Positions 34,849-44,537 of a stretch of 64,000 nt of DNA are shown in pieces. The stretch comes from an uncultured bacterium. Lineage in GTDB: Bacteria; Desulfobacterota; DSM-4660; Desulfatiglandales; JALVMZ01. How positions within the stretch are numbered: position 1 is the stretch's first letter; every line of letters starts with the position of its first letter. The notes below the pieces were generated by a model. It was not told the DNA's origin. It did no database searches and worked only from the letters and a program-made list of their open reading frames with translations. Location of the stretch: positions 13,974 through 77,973 of the forward strand of contig CBFDUE010000002.1 of assembly GCA_965613025.1 (NCBI GenBank), given 5' to 3'. Position numbers and translations under genes: made by a program.

Positions 34849-36309
34849 CTATTTTATATTCAAAATCTTTTTTACAATCTCTTTGTCGTGTTCATAGTCA
34901 ATAACCCTTTGAAGCATTATCTTCTGAGTCATTACAGGTCCTGCGCCATGCCAGGTGCCCACTCCGTGCATGCCTGCTGTCCAGTGTTGCAAGAGTTTGT
35001 GGACTTTTAGGATATTTTCTGTTGGAACATCAGAACCAAAGCTATAGAATTCTTCCATATAGTCCTTGGTCTCTGGATTTCTTAGGTCCTTAAGAGAGGG
35101 CATAGTTACAATCAGCCCTCCTCCGATATCTCCTGCAAGTGCCATCACCCTCCAGAAAGAATTACATACATTTAGCTTTGATACATTCCCCATAAGCTCA
35201 TCTGGCAGATACACTCCGGAGCCCTTTGGGACTTCAGAACCCTTCTGAGCAGCTGCCATTCCACAGGCCCTGCATGTCTCCCTCAATACCACCATCTCCA
35301 TCAATTCTTCATTTATATGGGTGGCCTTCTCAAGCCCTTTGTATTCCTGTATCAGCTTACATGCCCCTATTATCTGATTCATAAATCCCACCTTACATGT
35401 TCCACCACAGGTCATACGATGGGTTCTGGCAAAACGGGCAACCATCTTACCTGCATACTGATATTCCCCACACATAAAGACCCTTTCCCATGGCACAAAC
35501 ACATTATCAAATACGATCATAGAGGTCTCTCTCTGACCATATATGGGATTTCCAAGCTCACTTAGATCCTCTGCCATATCCCTTTCTGCTGAATATGGGG
35601 AATACTGGCATATATAGGTTATTCCTTCTGTATCAGTGGGGATCGCAAAGGCAATGGAATAGTCTTCCTCTCCTTCATAGTGAGCTGCCTGTGGCAATAC
35701 CACAAGCTCATTGCTTGCATATGCCCCACTTATATTAATCTTTGCCCCCCTTACATATATTCCATTTTTATCCCTATCTACCACCTTAAGGGAGAGATAG
35801 GGATCGGGCCAGTCAAGCACCTTCTGACTTCTCTTACCCCTGGGTTCAGTTAATGCTCCTGCAACAGATAGGTCTTCTCTCTGAACCATCTTGAGATATT
35901 CTAAAAATCTTTCATGATATTCCTTTCCAAGATCTCTTTGCATCTCCCAGGTGGTGCTTGCCAAGGAATGGAATGCGTCATATCCAACACATCTATAGAT
36001 GCAGGTTCCGAGCATCTCAGCAGTAAAGGTGCCTACTTCTGCCTTCTTTATGAGATCTTCCACACTCCCACTTACATGGGTGTAACGATTTACCACATCC
36101 TCAATTAAGGGGGAGTGACATGTCATCAGATCACGATATTCCGGATCAAGTGCCCATGCATACGATGCCTTATTTGCCTCAATCACTGTTCTTGTATTTC
36201 TGTTTTCAAAGATATCATCAACCCTTTTACCATTCATAAAGATATTAAGCTGTTTCCTATCTTTTAAACTCTTTTCAAATTCTTCAGGACTCTTGAGTGC
36301 CATATCCAA
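34849..36309 (-). CDS. abfD: 4-hydroxybutyryl-CoA dehydratase/vinylacetyl-CoA isomerase family (HpaB-fold)
   Basis: 486 aa. Candidate [4Fe-4S] ligands are CIYRC and HRMTCGGTC, as in AbfD. Confidence 0.7.
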   Translation of the reverse strand: MDMALKSPEEFEKSLKDRKQLNIFMNGKRVDDIFENRNTRTVIEANKASYAWALDPEYRDLMTCHSPLIEDVVNRYTHVSGSVEDLIKKAEVGTFTAEMLGTCIYRCVGYDAFHSLASTTWEMQRDLGKEYHERFLEYLKMVQREDLSVAGALTEPRGKRSQKVLDWPDPYLSLKVVDRDKNGIYVRGAKINISGAYASNELVVLPQAAHYEGEEDYSIAFAIPTDTEGITYICQYSPYSAERDMAEDLSELGNPIYGQRETSMIVFDNVFVPWERVFMCGEYQYAGKMVARFARTHRMTCGGTCKVGFMNQIIGACKLIQEYKGLEKATHINEELMEMVVLRETCRACGMAAAQKGSEVPKGSGVYLPDELMGNVSKLNVCNSFWRVMALAGDIGGGLIVTMPSLKDLRNPETKDYMEEFYSFGSDVPTENILKVHKLLQHWTAGMHGVGTWHGAGPVMTQKIMLQRVIDYEHDKEIVKKILNIK

Positions 36310-36390
36310 TACTCCTTAATAAAAGATTTTTGAGATAATATCTGATATATCCATCCTGTTAGCAACAAAATTTTTGAAAGTATAAAGAAT

Positions 36391-36433
36391 AAAAAAAACC
36401 CCCCTCTGAATCCCATTACAGGATTCAGGGAGG
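36391..36433 (-). terminator. Rho-independent terminator after the pilin gene
   Basis: The minus-strand RNA reads CCUCCCUGAAUCC-UGUAAUG-GGAUUCAGAGGGG, an 8 bp perfect inner stem plus 4 further pairs, followed by GGUUUUUUUU. Confidence 0.8.
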
Positions 36434-36455
36434 ATATTAAAAGCCAGATTAATTC

Positions 36456-36821
36456 TTAGGTAGTTGGAAGAGAAACTGTTCCAGATGCTGTTCCATCACT
36501 TACACTTGCAGCAGTGCCAGAAGCTGTAATTGAAACCGGGTCCCCAGCACCATATGAGAGTTTAAAGTCTCCTGCATCGGTTCCAAATTCGCTTGTCTTT
36601 ACATCTGATGCCTTTGGAACCCTTCCATTTTGAAGTATAAATTTGGCCGCCCACTGATTCACCCTTGCCTTACCTTCGGCCACCGCTGCCATTGCTGCCT
36701 GGTTCTTTGCCTCGGTTGTAAGACTCATATATCTTGGAACTGCAACCGCTGCCAGAATACCTAAGATAATTAATACCGCAATAATTTCAATTAATGTAAA
36801 ACCTCCATCTCTAGCTCTCAT
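36456..36821 (-). CDS. Type IV (pseudo)pilin with class III signal peptide
   Basis: The start reads MRARDGG/FTLIEIIAVLIILGILAAVAVPRY. The ATG at 36821 is preceded by GGAGGAAGAG. The ORF-track extension to 36869 is encoded by a 9-bp perfect hairpin (36851-36874) and is probably 5'UTR. The mature protein has no Cys. Confidence 0.85.
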   Translation of the reverse strand: MRARDGGFTLIEIIAVLIILGILAAVAVPRYMSLTTEAKNQAAMAAVAEGKARVNQWAAKFILQNGRVPKASDVKTSEFGTDAGDFKLSYGAGDPVSITASGTAASVSDGTASGTVSLPTT

Positions 36822-36952
36822 CTCTTCCTCCATAGATTTAATTAAATTAAAAGATGTGAAATAAATCACATCTTCTTTATAAAGATTTAGTTTGTTTATT
36901 AAAGAGATATATGTTATTTGTCAAGAGTAATTTATAGAGAAAGGAGAATTAT

Positions 36953-37852
36953 ATGCAGATTGTTCAACTATCTAAGCTTGTGGATATGGACAACCCCTAT
37001 AGAGTAATGGAAGAGGTCAAAACGATTATAAGGGATATATATGGAGATTATGATTTTAATATAATTGATCAGGTATTCAGTGACACTCTGGATCTCTTCA
37101 TGGGTAGATATCCTGGCTATAAGGCATGCAATTGCAGATATCATGATCTTATTCATACCACCGATACTCTTCTTGCAATGGCAAGACTTATCCATGGGGC
37201 AGTGCTAAATGGGATGAAATTCAGCACTAAAGATCTGGATCTTGGCATATCCTCTGCCCTTCTTCATGATACAGGATATATACAAAAGCTTGGTGATGAT
37301 GAAGGAACTGGGGCCAAATATACCCTTGTGCATATTGATAGAAGCATTGAGTTTTCAAAGAGATATCTTCCAAGGCTGGGATTTTCTGAAAGGGATTTCA
37401 GATATGTGGAATCAATACTTAGATGCACGGGATTGAATGTAAGAATAGAGGAGGTAGAGTTCTTCTCAAAAGAGCATGAACTTTTGGGTAAGATGCTTGG
37501 AACCGCTGATCTTATGGGACAGATGGCATCCAGAACCTACTTAGAGAAGCTCCCGTATCTATACAGTGAATTTAAAGAGGGCAAGGTGCCAGGGTATGAA
37601 AGTGAGTTTGATCTGATAAAGAAGACACCCGATTTTTATAGATGGACACTTAAGAGATTTAAAGAGGAATTTGATTCTGTCTATAGATTTATGAAAGATC
37701 ATTTTGAAAAGAGATGGGGCATCAGAGATGATCTATATATGATAACCATTGAAAAAAACATTAATTATTTGGAATATATCATTAAGGAACATCCCAAAGA
37801 TTATAGAAGATATCTTAGAAGAAGATTGGACAGAGTGGTGCTTAAGAGATAA
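36953..37852 (+). CDS. HD-domain phosphohydrolase-like protein
   Basis: RYHDLIHTTDT and ALLHDTGY motifs are present. The ORF is 299 aa. Confidence 0.55.
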   Translation: MQIVQLSKLVDMDNPYRVMEEVKTIIRDIYGDYDFNIIDQVFSDTLDLFMGRYPGYKACNCRYHDLIHTTDTLLAMARLIHGAVLNGMKFSTKDLDLGISSALLHDTGYIQKLGDDEGTGAKYTLVHIDRSIEFSKRYLPRLGFSERDFRYVESILRCTGLNVRIEEVEFFSKEHELLGKMLGTADLMGQMASRTYLEKLPYLYSEFKEGKVPGYESEFDLIKKTPDFYRWTLKRFKEEFDSVYRFMKDHFEKRWGIRDDLYMITIEKNINYLEYIIKEHPKDYRRYLRRRLDRVVLKR

Positions 37853-37854
37853 TC

Positions 37855-37973
37855 GAGAGCTTTACATAACCCTTTTCACACTGGGGGTTACACCCCCAGA
37901 CCCCCAAAAATTAACTTAAAATAAGCCATAATTACAGCTTTTTTCTGAGAGCTTTGAATTTTTCAAAGCTCTC
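37855..37973 (+). mobile_element. MITE-like intergenic repeat, copy 3 (orientation A)
   Basis: 119 bp that fill the whole gap between two convergent stop codons (2 nt spare on each side). AATC abuts both ends. Confidence 0.8.
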
Positions 37974-37975
37974 AA

Positions 37976-39205
37976 TCACATGGGTCTTACCATCTTTGTA
38001 AGATCCCACATGGGAATGAATATGGCCAGTGCAAAAAATCCTATGACCCCTGCCAATCCCACAGTAAGCACAGGCCCTATGGCCTCAGATAGTCTGTTTA
38101 CCTGATATGCCATCTCCTCATCATAATGGGCGGCAATAACCTTTAACATATCATCCAATCTTCCACTCTCTTCTCCTATGGCTATCATATTGATGACCAT
38201 GGGTGTAAAATATCTGGAACTTTTTAGAGGATCTGATATCCCTTGTCCTTCTTGAACCTTAGCCTTTAGTGATATGAATTCCTTTGATATTGCTGAATTT
38301 CCAATAATTCCTGAAAGTATATCAAAACTATCCAGTATTCCGATTCCGCTTGCCTGAAGTATGGCAAATATGCTTGCAAATCTGGACATGGTAGCCTTAA
38401 TAAAGAGTGGACCTAATACGGGAATCCTCAACAGTTGGGTATCTCTAAGGAGTCTTCCCTTTTCTGTCTTAAAGTATGAGAGGGTCAGAAGGATTCCGAC
38501 TATAATCGCTGTCAAGATAGCATACCAGTAATTGGCTAAAAAGTTATAGAGAACCATGCATATCTTTGTAGGAAGTGGAAGTTCAAGGCCCGCCCTTATA
38601 AATATGTTAATAAATTTGGGCACAACAAAGGTAAGTAATATGAAAAATGCTACAGCCAAAAATACCGTTACCATTATTGGATATTGAAGTGCAGAACGTA
38701 TATCAGATCGTATCTTATGTTCATGCTCTATTATGTATATGAGTCTGTCTAAGACATCCACCAGATTTCCACTTGTCTCCCCTGCCTTTATCATCTCACA
38801 ATAAAGCGATGAGAACACCTTAGGATGCCTTTTAAATGCCTCATACAACGATGATCCCTCTTGAAGATCCCTCACTATCTGGCCTGAAACCCTTTTCAAT
38901 AAGGGATTTTCTGCTTGATATTCCATTATCTTAAATGCATTTATTATTGGGATTCCAGAATGGAGCATGGTTCTAAATTGTTTAGTAAATAGGATAAGAT
39001 CTGTATCTTTTATCTTACCAAACCTATAGCTCAGTCCCTTTAATGAAAGAGAGATCCCTTTTGATTCCCCTTCTCCTCTTATTATGCTCGGGATAAGCCC
39101 CTTTTGAACAAGGAGATTTTCAGCCATCTCCTTTGTATCTGCCTCTAAGACACCATTTACAGTATTGCCACTTTCATCTATTGCCTTATATGTAAATCTT
39201 GGCAT
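37976..39205 (-). CDS. Type IV pilus/T2SS platform protein (PilC/MshG-like, T2SSF)
   Basis: 409 aa with two T2SSF repeats and three TM segments. Confidence 0.85.
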   Translation of the reverse strand: MPRFTYKAIDESGNTVNGVLEADTKEMAENLLVQKGLIPSIIRGEGESKGISLSLKGLSYRFGKIKDTDLILFTKQFRTMLHSGIPIINAFKIMEYQAENPLLKRVSGQIVRDLQEGSSLYEAFKRHPKVFSSLYCEMIKAGETSGNLVDVLDRLIYIIEHEHKIRSDIRSALQYPIMVTVFLAVAFFILLTFVVPKFINIFIRAGLELPLPTKICMVLYNFLANYWYAILTAIIVGILLTLSYFKTEKGRLLRDTQLLRIPVLGPLFIKATMSRFASIFAILQASGIGILDSFDILSGIIGNSAISKEFISLKAKVQEGQGISDPLKSSRYFTPMVINMIAIGEESGRLDDMLKVIAAHYDEEMAYQVNRLSEAIGPVLTVGLAGVIGFFALAIFIPMWDLTKMVRPM

Positions 39206-39216
39206 ATCTTAAGGCC

Positions 39217-40926
39217 TCATACCATAACAGCAGATGCTGCCTCTTCAAATGTGGTAATGCCTTTTAGAACCTTAGATAGGGCATCTTCCTTTAAGGTCCT
39301 TAATTTCCCTGCGTCCACTGCCACACGGGTGATTTCCTGTGAAGATCTTCTCTCAAGTATCATCTGCTGAATCATCTCATCGTTGACTAATACCTCAAAT
39401 ATGCCAGTTCTTCCCCTATATCCTGTGTTCATACACTGGGGGCAGCCCTTTCCCCTTTTAAATTCCATACCAACATAATCAGGGATACCCCAATTCTTTA
39501 AGACCTGTTCAGAAGGGATATAGGTTTCAATGCAGTTGGGGCATATCTTTCTTACCAATCTCTGTGCAAAAGATACAAGTAAGACTGATGAGACCAAAAA
39601 GGGTTCAATTTCCATATTAATTAATCTGGTAATTGCTCCTGCTGCATCATTTGTGTGCATGGTGCTCAGCACCCTGTGCCCTGTAAGGGCTGCCTGAACA
39701 GCAATGGATGCAGTTTCAGCATCCCTTATCTCTCCTACCATTATAACATCGGGATCCTGTCTTAAAATGGATCTAAGGGCACTTGCAAATGTCATCCCTG
39801 CCTTTCTGTTAAGCTGCACCTGCTTTATCTTATCTATACGATATTCCACAGGATCTTCCACAGTGATAATATTTATATCCGGACTATTGAGATTCTGTAA
39901 TATGGCATACAGAGAGGTGCTCTTACCTGAGCCTGTGGGTCCTGTGCTGAGTATCATACCATAGGGTTTTTTAATTGCATCTTTTAATTTCTTTTGATCT
40001 TCCTCACTCATACCCAGCTCTTCCAGACTGTAAATGCCGCTACTCATATCCAGAAGTCTCAATACAAGATGTTCCCCGTAGATCGTGGGGATTGTGGATG
40101 CCCTTACATTTATCTCCTTTCCATCCATTCTGACTGTAAATCTTCCATCCTGAGGAACCCTTGTATTAGCGATATCCATCTGGGCAAGTATCTTTATCCT
40201 TGAAATAAGGGGTAAGAGCATTGCCTTAGGTGGTGCAGGCATATCATGCAGCTTTCCGTCTATCCTGAATCTTACCTGGACATAGTTCTTTTCAGGCCCT
40301 ATATGTACATCACTTGCCCCCTCTCTTATTGCCTGTGATATTATGGAATTTACAAGCCTAACCACAGGGGGGTCCTTTGCCAGATCATGTAAGGATGTTA
40401 CCTCTAAGTCCCTTATATCCTCCTTCTCTGTCTCTTCTTCTGCCCCTCTGTATTGTAGATCTTCCATTCCACCAATAACGCTCATAAGCCCTGTGGTAAG
40501 GCCATAGATAGCTGTCATTATCTGGGTTAGCTCTCTCTGAGAGCATATAACGGGTTCCACCTCCAGATTGGTATGGGTTTCAATGGTATCTAAGGCCTCA
40601 ATATCCATGGGATCAACAGTTGCCACTTTTAAGAGAAATCCCTTTTTCTTGATGGGTGCCACATTATATTTCTGAGCTATTGAGTAAGGGAGGATATTTG
40701 CAAGGCTATTGTCAACTGGATATTTTGAGGGATCATATTTTTCAATCTTAAGCTGTCTGCTTAACATATCAATAATCTGTGACTCCCGCACCACTCCCTT
40801 CTGGATAAGATATTCACCCAGCTTGAGGCCAGCTCTTTTATGTTCTACCAAAGCCTCTTTTAATTGGTCTTCGGTAATAAGACCTTCCTCTATAAGCATC
40901 TCACCAAGTCGCTTTTTCCTCTTCAA
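39217..40926 (-). CDS. Type IV pilus assembly ATPase with N-terminal MshEN domain (MshE/PilB-like)
   Basis: Walker A GPTGSGKST and the tetracysteine CPNC...CPQC are present. The N-terminus RLGEMLIEEGLITEDQLKEAL and KLGEYLIQKGVVRESQIIDML are tandem MshEN c-di-GMP motifs. Confidence 0.85.
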   Translation of the reverse strand: MKRKKRLGEMLIEEGLITEDQLKEALVEHKRAGLKLGEYLIQKGVVRESQIIDMLSRQLKIEKYDPSKYPVDNSLANILPYSIAQKYNVAPIKKKGFLLKVATVDPMDIEALDTIETHTNLEVEPVICSQRELTQIMTAIYGLTTGLMSVIGGMEDLQYRGAEEETEKEDIRDLEVTSLHDLAKDPPVVRLVNSIISQAIREGASDVHIGPEKNYVQVRFRIDGKLHDMPAPPKAMLLPLISRIKILAQMDIANTRVPQDGRFTVRMDGKEINVRASTIPTIYGEHLVLRLLDMSSGIYSLEELGMSEEDQKKLKDAIKKPYGMILSTGPTGSGKSTSLYAILQNLNSPDINIITVEDPVEYRIDKIKQVQLNRKAGMTFASALRSILRQDPDVIMVGEIRDAETASIAVQAALTGHRVLSTMHTNDAAGAITRLINMEIEPFLVSSVLLVSFAQRLVRKICPNCIETYIPSEQVLKNWGIPDYVGMEFKRGKGCPQCMNTGYRGRTGIFEVLVNDEMIQQMILERRSSQEITRVAVDAGKLRTLKEDALSKVLKGITTFEEAASAVMV

Positions 40927-40939
40927 GACCGGGATCCTT

Positions 40940-41896
40940 TCAATCTGTAATATCTCTTAATGATATTAACATATTATCAAAGGATCTTAAAGGGGAAAGG
41001 GATGCATATAATCTGATACAGAAGAAAAAGAGTGCAAGGGCCAATACTATGATTGCTAAGCGGTATATAAGCCTCTTCTTAGGATTCTTATCTATGCAGG
41101 CACTTACAAGTGATCTTCTTACATATCTCTTATCTTTTATAATAAGTGTTAGCATTATCCTATGGCATAGATTAATTACCTTTCTGGGATATCCCTTTGT
41201 AAAACGGTATATTCTTAAAAGGGCTGGAAGAGAAAAGGGAATAGGATCTCTGCCATCCAAAGAGCAACGTCTAAGCCTAAATCTTATCATAGATTTCATA
41301 TCTGAAAAATTCATGGGATTCAGCCTTGCCTGATAGTTTATCCTGTCTTTAAGGTAGGGATATCTCTGCAATATATCATCAAATTCCTGCTGGGCAAATA
41401 TGATTATCTGAAGGAGCTTATTTTCATTGGTTTCATAATTTAAAAGCTCCCTCAATATTTCAAAGCCAAAAGAGGGAAGATTTTGCGCTTCATCAATTAT
41501 AAGAACCACGGTTTTCCCCTTTTCCACTGCGGTATCAAACAGATAATTTTTGATCTTTTCCTTTATCTCCCATTCTCCATCTCCCTCCTCTGTCTTTATC
41601 CCTAAGGCAATGGCTATCAGTTTTAAAAATTCCAATGGCATCTTTGCTCTGGGGTCTAAGATAAGATGGAGATCCATATCGGGGTCCTTTTCTAATCTAA
41701 AGATCAGTTGCCTGGACAGGGTGCTTTTCCCTGTCCCTACTTCTCCTGTTACCACATTTAACCCTCTTTTAAGGCGTATAGATATTTCAAGCATCTGTAG
41801 GATTGATATGTGCTGCTTGGACGGATAGAACATATTAGGATCAGGGCTATTGGAAAAAGGCTCTTTTTGCAATCCTAAGATCTTGTAATAGTCCAC
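40940..41896 (-). CDS. ExeA/MshM-like AAA+ ATPase
   Basis: Walker A GEVGTGKST and Walker B VLIIDEAQ are present, with a C-terminal TM helix. Confidence 0.75.
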   Translation of the reverse strand: MDYYKILGLQKEPFSNSPDPNMFYPSKQHISILQMLEISIRLKRGLNVVTGEVGTGKSTLSRQLIFRLEKDPDMDLHLILDPRAKMPLEFLKLIAIALGIKTEEGDGEWEIKEKIKNYLFDTAVEKGKTVVLIIDEAQNLPSFGFEILRELLNYETNENKLLQIIIFAQQEFDDILQRYPYLKDRINYQARLNPMNFSDMKSMIRFRLRRCSLDGRDPIPFSLPALLRIYRFTKGYPRKVINLCHRIMLTLIIKDKRYVRRSLVSACIDKNPKKRLIYRLAIIVLALALFFFCIRLYASLSPLRSFDNMLISLRDITD

Positions 41897-41899
41897 TTT

Positions 41900-43423
41900 T
41901 TACCTCTCAATGATATGAGGGGTTATAAATATTAGTATATCTTCCATGGTCTTACTTTTCCCAATGGATTTAAATATGGAACCTAAAAGTGGCAGATCCT
42001 TTAGCCCTGGAATCCCACTTTCGCTATGGGTTCTTGTCTCCTTTGACAGCCCACCTATTACAGCGGTCTGCCCATCTTTAAGTATTATATTGGTCTCTGC
42101 CTTCTTAGTAATTATGGTTGGATTATTATTTACTGGATTAGAAAAGTCTAATTCATCTTTATAGGTTACTATCTTTAATTTGATATATTCCTTATCAATC
42201 ACATGGGGAGTAACTTCCAATTTTAAAACGGCCTTTTTCCATTCTATCTCTATGTTTCCCTCCGCACTCACTGTCTGGAAAGGGACCTCAGCCCCGCTTT
42301 CAATTAGTGCTGTATGATTGTCTAAGGTAGTTATGGATGGGCTTGAAAGTATATTCAATTTCCCCTCTCGCTGTAATGCCTGAAGCTGAAAATTCAGTAT
42401 ATATCTTCCCAGTTTTTGGGAGAGATAACCTATGGTAAACCAGCTTTCAGAAGGATTGGATATATCCTTAGATATTGGGAAATTAGCGGTAATTCCCGTT
42501 GTGGGGTCAAGTGCCTCTCCCAGAGGTCTATCTGATATGTTTCCTGTGCTTGCACCTGGTGTTATCCAATAGTTTATATCTTCACCCACATTATGATACA
42601 GCCCACCCCATTGGACTCCAAGCTCCTTAGCGGTTTCTCTATTTGCTTCCACAATATTTGCTTCAATAAGTATCTGAGGGGTGGGTTTATCCAACTTTTT
42701 TATCATGGGAATAACCTTTTCCATATCCGCTCTTATAGCCTCAATAACAAGGGAGTTGGTATATTCGTCATATATAATAGAACCTCTGGGTTTACCCTGT
42801 TTATCCTTGGTTAAGAGATTAGTAAGATTATCTTTTAGCTTTTTGGGGTCTGCAAATTTTACAGGAACTATCTCTGTAATAAGAGGGCCTGTCCGCTCTT
42901 CAATTAACATTTGCTCTCTCTTCTTTGTATCTATCTGTCGGATCTTGAGGTCATGTTCCATCTCTTCTAATGTCATAACCCTGATGATGTTTCCAACCCA
43001 GGAATATTTTAGGCCCAATGTCTTTAAGACAGCATTAAATGCCTGATCCCAGGGCGTGTTATCTATATTTATTGTAAGCTTCCCTTTAACCTTATCACTA
43101 ATTAAGACATTTATATTAGCTGCCCTTGCAAGGGAGCGAATAATTATGGGCGCATCAACCTGGTAGAATTTAAGGGTAATAGGATGGGTGGGCAGGATAT
43201 GCCTTTCCTCTCTTTTTCCCTCATCTACCCCCTTTTTAAGATATACTCCCTCTTCCTTTTTAGCCTTTTTAATGGGCCCTTTCGCATCTTTCTTTTGCTC
43301 TTTCTTTAACATATCACTTAGGCGATGTATGTCTATCTTCTGGTCTTTAAGGTTTTGATTGGTGCAATAAGGTAATATGATTATTAAAAATATTATAAAT
43401 TGAATAGATAAGAGCCTTTTCAT
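41900..43423 (-). CDS. Secretin (PilQ/MshL-like)
   Basis: It has a signal peptide, and the secretin C-domain ends IPGLKDLPLLGSIFKS....ILIFITPHII. Confidence 0.85.
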   Translation of the reverse strand: MKRLLSIQFIIFLIIILPYCTNQNLKDQKIDIHRLSDMLKKEQKKDAKGPIKKAKKEEGVYLKKGVDEGKREERHILPTHPITLKFYQVDAPIIIRSLARAANINVLISDKVKGKLTINIDNTPWDQAFNAVLKTLGLKYSWVGNIIRVMTLEEMEHDLKIRQIDTKKREQMLIEERTGPLITEIVPVKFADPKKLKDNLTNLLTKDKQGKPRGSIIYDEYTNSLVIEAIRADMEKVIPMIKKLDKPTPQILIEANIVEANRETAKELGVQWGGLYHNVGEDINYWITPGASTGNISDRPLGEALDPTTGITANFPISKDISNPSESWFTIGYLSQKLGRYILNFQLQALQREGKLNILSSPSITTLDNHTALIESGAEVPFQTVSAEGNIEIEWKKAVLKLEVTPHVIDKEYIKLKIVTYKDELDFSNPVNNNPTIITKKAETNIILKDGQTAVIGGLSKETRTHSESGIPGLKDLPLLGSIFKSIGKSKTMEDILIFITPHIIER

Positions 43424-44007
43424 TTTAAATTTATCCTTTTTAAGATCTCTTTATCTAAATCTATCTCTTCAATCTCAATATCTTTTTTACTTGGTTTAGA
43501 TAACTTAGCTCCCTCTTTAACATAAGAGGACTGTTCCTTATAGGGAAATTCAAAGGTCTTCTGAGTGATGATATTTTGAATAATTACCTTATTGGGATCT
43601 ATGGATTTAACAACATATTCCTGCATATCTTTTAGCCTCTCTCCTTCTTTATAATCTAAGCCATCTATTATAGCTATCTTTTCTCCGTTATACTCTAAGA
43701 AACCAAAATAGTGCAGTTTAATAACCTCTTGTATCTTTCCCTCTTCTCTTTTCTTTTCCACTTTGACTTTTGGCATCTCAAACGGGTCCTTAGGAAAGGC
43801 AAGTCTTGAGACTTCAATGATATATATCTCTCTATCTCTAATCTTCTTCTTTTCAATCCCTTCTTTGATACCTGAGATAAGTGACTTTATATCATTGCCT
43901 TTCTGGGGCATAGATAATTTCTGTTTTGTACCAAAAAAAAGGCTATATATACCATATACTATGAATCCCAAGGCCACTGCTATTATTATCTTTTCCCTCT
44001 TAGACAT
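43420..44007 (-). CDS. PilP/MshK-like pilus assembly protein (hypothetical)
   Basis: N-terminal TM helix and a C-terminal beta-rich region (KIAIIDGLDYKEGERL..YVVKSIDPNKVII). Assigned by position between the PilO-like gene and the secretin. Confidence 0.45.
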   Translation of the reverse strand: MSKREKIIIAVALGFIVYGIYSLFFGTKQKLSMPQKGNDIKSLISGIKEGIEKKKIRDREIYIIEVSRLAFPKDPFEMPKVKVEKKREEGKIQEVIKLHYFGFLEYNGEKIAIIDGLDYKEGERLKDMQEYVVKSIDPNKVIIQNIITQKTFEFPYKEQSSYVKEGAKLSKPSKKDIEIEEIDLDKEILKRINLK

Positions 44008-44012
44008 ATAAG

Positions 44013-44534
44013 CTATCTCTTATTCTTAAATGCTATCTCCATTACCAGATTAAACTGAGTTATACTATCTTTCTTTCGTATCTCAAATGAAGAGATCCTC
44101 TCTATAAAAGGATAGAATGATATGGAATGGAGGAATCTGCCAAAGTCAGGGAATCTGCCAGCAAGTAATACCTTTAAGTTTATCTTTTCAACCCCTTTTT
44201 CTCTTTTAATCTGAGGAATAAATGAGAGGATCTTTAAATTTGATCCTTTTGCCATCTCCCTTAGATGCGATTTTAAATCAGAGGGGGTATCTACTCCTCT
44301 ATCCTCTATAGAGACAATAGACTGAAAGGGTTTGTATCTGGAAAATTCTTTTTGAAATTCATTATATAGAGGAATAATAGTCTTTTTTTCTTCTATTTTT
44401 CTCTCTATCTTTTCTATCTCTTTTTCAATATGATTCAAGGAGCTCCTCAGGGGGTAGAATCCCACTGCTAAAAACATTGCTATACCGAAAACACATACCA
44501 GAAGGTAATTGATGCTCTCTTTCGGAATATGCAT
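44013..44534 (-). CDS. PilO/MshJ-like pilus assembly protein
   Basis: N-terminal TM helix, a coiled coil and a ferredoxin-like C-terminus, plus operon position. Confidence 0.5.
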   Translation of the reverse strand: MHIPKESINYLLVCVFGIAMFLAVGFYPLRSSLNHIEKEIEKIERKIEEKKTIIPLYNEFQKEFSRYKPFQSIVSIEDRGVDTPSDLKSHLREMAKGSNLKILSFIPQIKREKGVEKINLKVLLAGRFPDFGRFLHSISFYPFIERISSFEIRKKDSITQFNLVMEIAFKNKR

Positions 44535-44537
44535 ACC

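Noticed and set aside
36822-36869. N-terminal extension of the pilin ORF (MIYFTSFNLIKSMEEE)
   Set aside because: It would give an atypically long prepilin leader. The region forms a perfect hairpin and lacks an SD, whereas ATG 36821 has GGAGG and yields a canonical short leader.
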